A DNA stretch of 64,000 nt from Candidatus Lindowbacteria bacterium RIFCSPLOWO2_12_FULL_62_27 (GTDB taxonomy: Bacteria > Lindowbacteria > 2-12-FULL-62-27). Both the position numbers and the translations under genes were made by a program. Every line of letters begins with the position of its first letter. The first letter of the stretch is position 1. Under the pieces are notes generated by a model. That model was not told the DNA's origin. It did no database searches and saw nothing but the letters and a program-made list of their open reading frames with translations. This document shows, in pieces, positions 46,777 through 54,780 of the stretch. Location of the stretch: assembly GCA_001784175.1 (NCBI GenBank), contig MFPR01000028.1, forward strand, positions 163,955 through 227,954, written 5' to 3'.

Positions 46777-46969
46777 GAGGCAGCGTGAAGAAAGGGGTGG
46801 TGTGATCGGGATGCTTGGGATCTTACACTCATGCGTCACGTGATCCCATGCAGCGGGCTTTAACCCTCTGAGGCAGGCGGCGGTCCGACCCCGCCGCGCA
46901 ACACGCCGCCGAGGCCGCGGGTTTGATCCCCGCCGTCAAACGGACAGAGGGAGGCTCATGCCCGTCCGA

Positions 46970-48433
46970 CTACATCTTGGGGAGATCGCCTCTGGCTCGG
47001 AGGAATTCGTAGAAGAGCCGGACGCCGATGCCCGTGGCGCCGGGGGGCCGGCCATCGCGGCCCCGGGTGTCCCATGCTGTGGCGGCGATATCGAGGTGGG
47101 CCCATGGGACGTGTTCGTCGGCCAGGAATTTTTTGAGAAACATTCCGCCGATGATGGTCCCGGCCAGCCGTCCCTCGGGGATGTTCTGGACATCGGCCAC
47201 GGAGCTTTTGATGAGCCGGTCGTATCCGTCGTGGAGGGGCAGTCTCCAGAGTCGTTCGCCGCAGGTTTCGCCGGCCTCCTGGAGGGACTGCGCGAGCGCG
47301 TCATTGTTGGAGAGGATGGCGGCGTAGACATCCCCGAGCGCGATGGAACACGCGCCCGTGAGGGTGGCCATGTCGATGACGGCTTCGGGCCGGAAGCGGC
47401 CGGCGTAGAAAAGCGCGTCGGCGAGGATGAGGCGGCCCTCGGCGTCGGTGTTTTTGACCTCGATGGTCTTGCCGGAGAGGCTTCGGACGACGTCTCCCGG
47501 CCGGGTGGCGGCGCCTCCGGGCAGATTTTCCGTGAGGGGCGCAAGGCCCACGAGCGGGACGCGCGGTTGGAGCGTGCGTGCGGCGGAAAAGATTCCGATG
47601 ACCGCCGCCGCTCCGGACTTGTCGTGTTTCATCTCCTCCATCTTGTCGGAGGGCTTGATGGAGATGCCGCCGGAATCGAAGGTGACGCCTTTGCCGACGA
47701 GGACGATCGGACGGCCCGCGGTCGGAGATTTTGGATTTTGGGTTTTGGATTTTGGATTGTATTGAAAAACCAGAAAGGCCGGGGGCTCGTGGCTGCCGCG
47801 GGCGACGGCCAGGAAGGCGCCCATGCCGAGCCGTTCGCAGGCGCGGCGGTCGAGGACTTGGACGCGGACGGCGCCGCCGGAAAGTTTGCGGGCGCGCCGG
47901 GCGAGTTCGGCCGGGGAACCCATGTTGCCCGGGAGATTGGAAAGGTCGCGCGCGAGATCGACGCCGTCGGCGACGGCTTCGATGTAATGGAGGAGGGACC
48001 CGATCCGTCCGCGTTCGGCGGCGGACCGGCACACGATGGCAAGGGATTCCAGTGGTTTGTCTTTGGGCGCTTCGGAACGAAGAGAAAACCGGTATTGCGA
48101 CAATCGGACGCTTTCGGCGAAGATTCCCGCGGCTTCTTCCGCATCCGGCAGGGGCCATGCGTCCGTTTCAAAGGTCACGTGCCGGACGCCGCGGCCGGCG
48201 AGTTCCTGCGCGGCTTCCGCAGAGGCTTTTCTCAGGCCATCGCGCTCGAATTTGTCTTTCGGGCCAAGTCCGACCGCGAGCCGGTGCGCGTCATCGCCGG
48301 GCAGGAAGAGCCGCTCGCCGGATTTTCCGTGAAAATCGGCGGCCGGCGTCGGTTTCTGACCTTCAAAGAAAAATCGGATGCTGCATCCTTTGCGAGGCGG
48401 CCTTCGCCCGCCAACTTCCGCGAACAATCTCAC
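46970..48433 (-). CDS. pepA: Leucyl aminopeptidase (M17)
   Basis: VGKGVTFDSGG, MKHDKSG, NTDAEGRL, ATLTG, WAHLDIA; GTG start overlaps the upstream stop. Confidence 0.93.
   Translation of the reverse strand: MRLFAEVGGRRPPRKGCSIRFFFEGQKPTPAADFHGKSGERLFLPGDDAHRLAVGLGPKDKFERDGLRKASAEAAQELAGRGVRHVTFETDAWPLPDAEEAAGIFAESVRLSQYRFSLRSEAPKDKPLESLAIVCRSAAERGRIGSLLHYIEAVADGVDLARDLSNLPGNMGSPAELARRARKLSGGAVRVQVLDRRACERLGMGAFLAVARGSHEPPAFLVFQYNPKSKTQNPKSPTAGRPIVLVGKGVTFDSGGISIKPSDKMEEMKHDKSGAAAVIGIFSAARTLQPRVPLVGLAPLTENLPGGAATRPGDVVRSLSGKTIEVKNTDAEGRLILADALFYAGRFRPEAVIDMATLTGACSIALGDVYAAILSNNDALAQSLQEAGETCGERLWRLPLHDGYDRLIKSSVADVQNIPEGRLAGTIIGGMFLKKFLADEHVPWAHLDIAATAWDTRGRDGRPPGATGIGVRLFYEFLRARGDLPKM
47727..47758. 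repeat. Heptamer tandem repeat (GATTTTG)n inside pepA
   Basis: About 4.5 copies; encodes NPKSKTQNPKS. Confidence 0.85.
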
Positions 48434-49635
48434 TTGATGACGACTCTGAACCGGATCCGCATGGTGTCGCCCGGGAGGAAGGGCTGGATGGGGGTATCGA
48501 TCTGGACAAACAGCGAATCGCTCGTGGCGGTGGCCATGACGAATTTGACGTGATCGCCGTCGTTGGTGTCGGTCTGGGTAATGAACCTGTGCCGTGTGTC
48601 GATGTCGATGTTCGAGACCACTTTGGTTCCCTTGTACTCCGTGTTGGTGGGCACAAAGTCCACGATGCGGACATTGTGGGCCGGGGTGTAGCCTTCCGTG
48701 TTGGAGACGGTGATGGTGTAGACGAGGGTCGCGCCCGGAATGGTTTCGCCGGGGCGTTCGCCCTTGGTGGAGACGCTGTCGGCGAGTTTTCGGACAAAGA
48801 GGAATTCGGCGCCGATGGAGTCGCCGTAGCCGGTCAGAAGTTCCTGCTGGTTGTCCCAAGTGTCGATGGCCGTGATGTACCAGACCCAGTAGGTGTCGAT
48901 CCGGGGAGACCGTTCGCCGGGCCCTTTGCCGACGTGGGTGTCGATGAAGCGGAACTGTCCGAGTCCTGCGTTGTAGTAGTAGTTGTCCGGTTTTGAATCA
49001 TCCCCTGTGACGGCCCTGGTGACATTAATGAAGAGCTCGGTGTCGTTGGGCGGATATCCGGAATCGCGCCAGACGACGTAGTATTTGGCGTAGGTGTCCT
49101 GGTACCAGGTGAATCGCACCGTGTCGGTCTGGTCGGCCTGCGCGGCGATTGTTTCCGGCGGTTCGGCGAGGACCGTGCGAATGCCCATGGGCGTGACGAT
49201 GGTTTCGCCGAGGGTGGCGCCGGTATCGGCGCTGAAGACGCGGATGCGGAGGCGCGTATTAGGGATGAGGGTGTCGGGCACGTCGGCCCGGACGTTCCAG
49301 CGGGCGCTGTAGGTGGACCCGGGCGTGAGGCAGGTGTAGCGGGGCGTGGAGTCGCCGTTTCCATCGAGCGGCCCGCGGTTTTGCGCGCCGCCCTCGTTGG
49401 TGTAGAAGGTCATTGAGTCGTAGGTGTCGTCGACATAGGTATCGTATTCGAAAATCACCGTGCAGGAGTTGACGCCCACGTAGGACAGTTTGAACCTGTA
49501 GGCGGCGCGCCGCCCGCCGACGGTGTCGTTGGTGACGAAGTCGAAGAGTTCGACCGTATCGTCCGCGCGCGCGCAAGCGGGAACCAAGAGCATCCCGATC
49601 CCAAACAAAATTCCGAACCAGCGAAAATTTGCCAT
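48430..49635 (-). CDS. Secreted DT-rich DUF11-like protein (paralog 6)
   Basis: Signal peptide; FVRKLAD..PGATLVYTITVSNTEG..DFVP; ends RFRVVIK. Confidence 0.85.
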   Translation of the reverse strand: MANFRWFGILFGIGMLLVPACARADDTVELFDFVTNDTVGGRRAAYRFKLSYVGVNSCTVIFEYDTYVDDTYDSMTFYTNEGGAQNRGPLDGNGDSTPRYTCLTPGSTYSARWNVRADVPDTLIPNTRLRIRVFSADTGATLGETIVTPMGIRTVLAEPPETIAAQADQTDTVRFTWYQDTYAKYYVVWRDSGYPPNDTELFINVTRAVTGDDSKPDNYYYNAGLGQFRFIDTHVGKGPGERSPRIDTYWVWYITAIDTWDNQQELLTGYGDSIGAEFLFVRKLADSVSTKGERPGETIPGATLVYTITVSNTEGYTPAHNVRIVDFVPTNTEYKGTKVVSNIDIDTRHRFITQTDTNDGDHVKFVMATATSDSLFVQIDTPIQPFLPGDTMRIRFRVVIK

Positions 49636-49678
49636 CCGGTGCTATTCTATCCTGAATCTTTTGCGCGTCAAAGTTTTT

Positions 49679-51871
49679 TTATCGCACGACGACCCGGAAG
49701 CGGATCCGGGCCGTATCGCCCGCATTGAAGGGCTGGAGGGGCGTGTCGATCTGGAGGATGAACGAATCCTGGTCCATCTTGTACGTCACATGATCGCCGT
49801 CGGCCGTGTCGGTCTGGGTGATGTAACCGTGGCGTGTGTCGAGGTCGGTGTTGGTCGTGACCTTGGTCCCGCGGTAATCGGCCAAGGCGGGGATGAAATC
49901 GATGACGCTGACGTTATACGCCGGCGAATATCCTTCGGTGTTGGAGAGATCGATCCGGTAGATGATGGTGGCGCCGGGGATGGTCTCGCCCGGAAACGCT
50001 CCGCGCGTGGAGATGCTGTCGGTGAATTTTCGCGCATACAAATACTCGGCGGAAAGGGAATCGGTGAATTCCGTCAGGAATTCCTGCTGGTTGTCATAGG
50101 TGTCGACGGCCGTAATGTACCAGACGAAGTAGCTGTCGAACCTCGGCGACCGTTCGCCCGGGGGCTGGCCGACGGCGGTATCGATCAGGCGAAAGCGGCC
50201 GAGGGATGCGTTGTAGTAGAAATTGTCCGGCCGGGAGTCCAGTCCTGTCAGGGCGAGGGTCACGTTGACAAACCGTTCGGTGTCGTTGGGCGGATATCCG
50301 GTATCGCGCCAGACGGTGTAATATTTGGCGTCGGTGTCGTGATACCAGGAGATCATGACGGTGTCGGTCGGATCGGTTTTGGCGTCCGGCGTGTCCGGCC
50401 GGTTGGCGAAGATGGTCTGGATGCCGACGGAGTCGAGGGTGGTGTCGCTCAGAAACTCTCCGGTGGCGGCGTTGAAACACCGGATACGTATCTGCGTCCG
50501 CGGGATGCGGGTATCCGGCATATCGAAGCGGACGTTCCAGCGGATCCGGTGAAGTTCGCCGAAGGTATCGGACGCGAGCAGGGGCGTGGAGTCGCCGCCG
50601 GCGTCGAGGCCCGGCCCGCGCGCCTGCGCGCCGCCGGAGTCGGTAAAGAACGTCATCGAATCGAACGGCGGGTCGCTGCCGACCGTCGTATCGTACTCGA
50701 TGATCGCCGTACAGATCGTGGCGCCGGGATAATTGAGGCGGACATCGAAAACAGCGCGCCGGCCGCCGACGGTGTCGTTGCTGTTCGGCGAGACAATCAT
50801 GAGGCGCGTGTCTTTGTAGAGGAAGATGCTGGCGTATCCGGTGCAATAGGCGTCGGCCACCGTGAGGGTGATCGTGTCGAAGGCGTCGACGATGCTGATG
50901 ATGTAGTTGTTGAGGACGCCGTTGGTGAAGGTGCTGTCCCCGCCGAGGCCGATGAGTGTGCCGGTGGAGGAGGTGATATCGGCCCATGCCTTGCTGCCCG
51001 TATAGTGCGGAACGATCGAGTCGTAAAAAGGCGTGCCTTCCCAATTGTTCAGTCCATTCAATTTCCCGAATTTGATGTGCGCGGTGCAGGACATGGAGAA
51101 CCGCGTGCCCACGTTGATGAGCGGGGTCGCCGTGCACTGAAACGCCATGCGGTCGGTGAAGCCCCGCTTGCGGTTCAGGAAGCTCTGCGGGTCGGTGGTG
51201 CGCGTGTCGTGATAGAGGTCGGAGTCGCCGAGCCGGTTGATCATGCCGCCGCCGCCGAACACGGGGCTGTCGGACGCACCCGCTTGGCGATAGTTCAGGA
51301 GGACGACGGGCCGGCGGAAGATGAAGACGGCGCCGCCGCCCCACGCGAGCGGCGACGTCTCTTTTTTGTCGCCGTGATAATTGGTGGCATCCGAGAGCGC
51401 CCACCAGTCGAGGATGGGTCCGCCGGACCAATAGAGGGAGACCGAATCGATGGTATTGGCGATGGCGTCCGTTGCGGCCATATCGAGCAATTCGTTCTCG
51501 GCGGTGCTGCCGTCGCCGACGAACAGGAATCCAAAAGGGCTGATGGTGTCGTTTCCGGCGAACGTGATGATGTTTCCTTCAGCACCGCCTTCGAGAATCA
51601 GATTATTGAGTGTGATCGAGTCGGGCGTGGGATTGTAGAGGATGAAGGCGTCGTCATTGGCGGTGCCGTTGACGCCGTTGATGGCGGCGAAGATGACGAT
51701 CGAGTCGGCGATCATTTTGGCGTCGGCGGCCGGCGCAAGCGCGGTCAGGAGCAGGACGAGCGAAAGGGCGCGGGTCGCGCACCTCAACGCTGGCCCCCTC
51801 ACCCCAGCCCTCTCCCCCTGCGGGGGAGAGGGGGCTGAATAGTTACAAGCCAGCCTGAAGAGGCCGATCAT
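49679..51871 (-). CDS. Secreted DT-rich protein with lamin-tail-like N-domain and DUF11-like module (paralog 7; start uncertain)
   Basis: FILYNPTPDSITL..L LTD-like motif; C-terminal half homologous to 48430-49635; ends RFRVVVR. Confidence 0.8.
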   Translation of the reverse strand: MIGLFRLACNYSAPSPPQGERAGVRGPALRCATRALSLVLLLTALAPAADAKMIADSIVIFAAINGVNGTANDDAFILYNPTPDSITLNNLILEGGAEGNIITFAGNDTISPFGFLFVGDGSTAENELLDMAATDAIANTIDSVSLYWSGGPILDWWALSDATNYHGDKKETSPLAWGGGAVFIFRRPVVLLNYRQAGASDSPVFGGGGMINRLGDSDLYHDTRTTDPQSFLNRKRGFTDRMAFQCTATPLINVGTRFSMSCTAHIKFGKLNGLNNWEGTPFYDSIVPHYTGSKAWADITSSTGTLIGLGGDSTFTNGVLNNYIISIVDAFDTITLTVADAYCTGYASIFLYKDTRLMIVSPNSNDTVGGRRAVFDVRLNYPGATICTAIIEYDTTVGSDPPFDSMTFFTDSGGAQARGPGLDAGGDSTPLLASDTFGELHRIRWNVRFDMPDTRIPRTQIRIRCFNAATGEFLSDTTLDSVGIQTIFANRPDTPDAKTDPTDTVMISWYHDTDAKYYTVWRDTGYPPNDTERFVNVTLALTGLDSRPDNFYYNASLGRFRLIDTAVGQPPGERSPRFDSYFVWYITAVDTYDNQQEFLTEFTDSLSAEYLYARKFTDSISTRGAFPGETIPGATIIYRIDLSNTEGYSPAYNVSVIDFIPALADYRGTKVTTNTDLDTRHGYITQTDTADGDHVTYKMDQDSFILQIDTPLQPFNAGDTARIRFRVVVR
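51794..51834 (+). repeat. REP-like palindromic element
   Basis: CCCCCTCACCCCAGCCCTCTCCCCCTGCGGGGGAGAGGGGG. Confidence 0.8.
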
Positions 51872-51966
51872 TGTCTATAGTGTACCAAAAGGCCCGCGGC
51901 TCCTCAATGGCGTATTTGCAACCGGTGCGAAAAGCATATATATATATGGAGAGGAGGGGGGCGCTC

Positions 51967-52695
51967 ATGGACGTCATACCAGCCATAGATTTGTCGGAAG
52001 GCGCTGTGGTGAGGCTGCTTCGGGGGGAGTTTGGAAAAAAGACCGTGTATTCGGACGATCCTGTGGGGACGGCGCGGAAATTTGTCGCGGCCGGGGCCAA
52101 ACGTCTGCACGTTGTGGACTTGGACGGGGCGAAATCGGGGGCGCCCGTGCATTATGACCTGATCCGGCGGATTGCCGAGTCGGCCGGGGTTCCGGTTCAG
52201 GTGGGCGGAGGGATGCGGACGGCGCAGACGGCAAAAAGAATGGCGGACATTTCGAATGTCGAGCGGATCATTCTTGGAACCGCCGCGGTTGAGAAGCCGA
52301 GGGTCCTGAAACAGATTCTGGGGGTATTGGGAGATCAGCGCGTGGTGTTGTCGGTGGACGTGAAGGGCGGTGTCGTTGCAACGCGGGGATGGCTGGCGGA
52401 GACGGAGGGGGATCCGATCGCGTTTGGGCGGAGCGCGTACGAAGCGGGATTGCGGATCGCGATCTATACGGACGTGAAGCAGGACGGGACATTGCGGGGT
52501 CCGAATTTGGAGGCCACGACCCGATTTGCGCGGGAGACGGGCCTCAAGGTGATCGTGGCGGGCGGAGTCTCAAGTTTGGCAGACATCGAGATGATCAAGG
52601 GAGAGTGTGATGCAGGTCTCATCGGCATCATCGTCGGCCGGGCGATCTATGAGGGTGCGCTGGATCTGGCGGAAGCCGTGCGCGCGGTTGCCTGA
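51967..52695 (+). CDS. hisA: ProFAR isomerase
   Basis: [30 protein letters not shown]. Confidence 0.95.
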   Translation: MDVIPAIDLSEGAVVRLLRGEFGKKTVYSDDPVGTARKFVAAGAKRLHVVDLDGAKSGAPVHYDLIRRIAESAGVPVQVGGGMRTAQTAKRMADISNVERIILGTAAVEKPRVLKQILGVLGDQRVVLSVDVKGGVVATRGWLAETEGDPIAFGRSAYEAGLRIAIYTDVKQDGTLRGPNLEATTRFARETGLKVIVAGGVSSLADIEMIKGECDAGLIGIIVGRAIYEGALDLAEAVRAVA

Positions 52696-52696
52696 G

Positions 52697-53455
52697 ATGC
52701 TGGCCAAGCGTGTGATTCCGTGTCTGGATGTGGATGGCGGGCGCGTGGTGAAAGGCGTGCGGTTCGTGAACATCCGCGACGCCGGCGATGTTGCGGACTG
52801 TGCGGCGGCCTATGACGCGGCCGGCGCGGACGAGGTCGTATTTCTGGACATCACCGCGTCTGCGCATGCGCGGGCGATCCGGAAGGACTGGGTGGGCCGG
52901 GCCGCGGAGTCGTTGTCGGTGCCGTTTACGGTGGGCGGAGGACTGCGAAGTCTGGAGGAGATGCGGGAGGTTCTGGGCGTGGGCGCGGACAAGATCTCGA
53001 TCAACACGGCGGCGGTGGAGAACCCCGCGCTGATCCGCGCGGCGGCGGAGGCGTTTGGATCGCAGTGTGTGGTGGTGGCGATCGATGCGAAAAGGGCTTC
53101 AAAGCGGTGTGAGGTTTATGTCCATGGAGGGCGGACAGCGACGGGGCGGGATGCGGTGGAATGGGCGGCGGAGGTGGCGGCGCTGGGGGCGGGGGAAATA
53201 CTTTTGACGAGCATGGACCGGGACGGCACCAAAGAGGGATACGATCTGGAGCTTTTGCGGGCGGTGGTTGCGCGCGTGACGATTCCGGTGATCGCGTCCG
53301 GCGGGGTGGGGACGCTGGCGCATTTGAAGGACGGGTTGGAGGCCGGCGCATCCGCGGTTTTGGCGGCGTCGATTTTTCATTACGGGGAGCACACGATCCC
53401 GGAGGCGAAGGCGTATTTGAAAAAATGCGGGATTCATGTGAGGATCACGCAATGA
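52697..53455 (+). CDS. hisF: Imidazole glycerol phosphate synthase cyclase subunit
   Basis: [26 protein letters not shown]. Confidence 0.97.
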   Translation: MLAKRVIPCLDVDGGRVVKGVRFVNIRDAGDVADCAAAYDAAGADEVVFLDITASAHARAIRKDWVGRAAESLSVPFTVGGGLRSLEEMREVLGVGADKISINTAAVENPALIRAAAEAFGSQCVVVAIDAKRASKRCEVYVHGGRTATGRDAVEWAAEVAALGAGEILLTSMDRDGTKEGYDLELLRAVVARVTIPVIASGGVGTLAHLKDGLEAGASAVLAASIFHYGEHTIPEAKAYLKKCGIHVRITQ

Positions 53456-54108
53456 AAACTTTAGATTTTAGGAAAGGCGGGGGGCTGATTCCGGCGATCG
53501 CGCAGGATGCGCGTACCGGCGATGTGCTCATGCTGGCCTACATGAACCGGGAGAGCCTGAAACGGACGCTGGCGACGGGTTACGCTCACTATTATTCGCG
53601 GTCGCGTCAGGAGCAGTGGAAAAAAGGTGAAACCTCCGGGCACGTGCAGCGCGTGAGGGAAATCCGGGTGGACTGCGACCGGGACACCCTATTGCTCAAA
53701 GTCGATCAGACCGGGCCGGCCTGTCACACCGGCCGCGCGAATTGTTTTTTCCGGCCTGTGGGAAAAACAAGAGCGGGTCAGGATCGGGGAGGATCGAACG
53801 GGCTGGGCGTGATCCTCAACCGATTATTTTTGACCATCGACGACCGTCTCCGCCGGCGGCCGCGCGGATCCTACACGGTGAAGCTGACGAGGCCGAACCG
53901 GAAGAAGAACAAGACCGGCCTGGACAAGGTCCTCGAGAAAATCGGCGAAGAGGCGACGGAAGTGATTCTGGCGGCGGTCCGCAAGCCCAAATCGTATGTC
54001 GTGTCCGAAGTTTCCGATCTCATGTTCCACCTCATGGTGATGCTCAGGTTAAGAGGCTTGACGCCCGATGAGATAGCGAGGGAGCTGGAACGCCGGGAAC
54101 GCGAATAA
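53452..54108 (+). CDS. hisIE: Bifunctional PR-AMP cyclohydrolase / PR-ATP pyrophosphatase
   Basis: [31 protein letters not shown]. Confidence 0.95.
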   Translation: MKTLDFRKGGGLIPAIAQDARTGDVLMLAYMNRESLKRTLATGYAHYYSRSRQEQWKKGETSGHVQRVREIRVDCDRDTLLLKVDQTGPACHTGRANCFFRPVGKTRAGQDRGGSNGLGVILNRLFLTIDDRLRRRPRGSYTVKLTRPNRKKNKTGLDKVLEKIGEEATEVILAAVRKPKSYVVSEVSDLMFHLMVMLRLRGLTPDEIARELERRERE

Positions 54109-54132
54109 CATCAAAAAGACGGAGGAGGATAT

Positions 54133-54717
54133 ATGGAAACTGAAATTCAACTGATTGTCCGGTGGATTCACGTGATTGCGGGAGTGGCGTGGATCGGCCA
54201 TCTGTATTTTTTCAATTTTGTGAATGTCCCGCTGCAGGGCGCGCTGGACGACGCGGGCAAGAAGGCGGTGAACCCGCAGCTCATGCCGCGGGCGCTGTGG
54301 TGGTTTCGGTGGGGCGCAATGATCACGTTTCTGGCCGGATTGGCGCTCTTTTATCTCATGTACATGCAGGGCGGCCTGATGCGGGAGGCCGACGGCGCGC
54401 TGTCGCTTCGCGCGAAGTGGATCATGGGCGGGATGGCGCTGGGGATTATCATGTGGTTCAACGTGTGGTTCATCATCTGGCCGGCCCAGAAGAAGCTCCT
54501 GGGCGGCACGGCCGGAGAGGCCGCGCCGGCGTTGCGCAAGCGGGCGATGCTGGCGTCGCGGACCAACACGTATCTGTCCGCGCCGATGCTGGTGGGGATG
54601 GTGGCGGGATCGCATGTGCCGACGAACTCGGCGGTGATGTGCGGCGTTGCGGCGGTGAGTCTCCTCGTCGTCTGGCTATGCATCAAGGCGTCGTATGGGG
54701 TGGGGAAGACGGTTTAG
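54133..54717 (+). CDS. PuuD (urate hydroxylase N-terminal)-like membrane protein
   Basis: RWIHVIAGVAWIGHLYFF, WFRWGA, NVWFIIWPAQ, RTNTYLS. Confidence 0.75.
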   Translation: METEIQLIVRWIHVIAGVAWIGHLYFFNFVNVPLQGALDDAGKKAVNPQLMPRALWWFRWGAMITFLAGLALFYLMYMQGGLMREADGALSLRAKWIMGGMALGIIMWFNVWFIIWPAQKKLLGGTAGEAAPALRKRAMLASRTNTYLSAPMLVGMVAGSHVPTNSAVMCGVAAVSLLVVWLCIKASYGVGKTV

Positions 54718-54728
54718 TCTGGGAGAAG

Positions 54729-54765
54729 ACAGAACACAGAATACAGAATACAGAAGAAACAGAAG
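54729..54765. repeat. Heptamer tandem repeat (ACAGAAN)n
   Basis: ACAGAAC ACAGAAT ACAGAAT ACAGAAG..ACAGAAG upstream of leuS. Confidence 0.75.
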
Positions 54766-54780
54766 AAGGCGGGATCGGGG

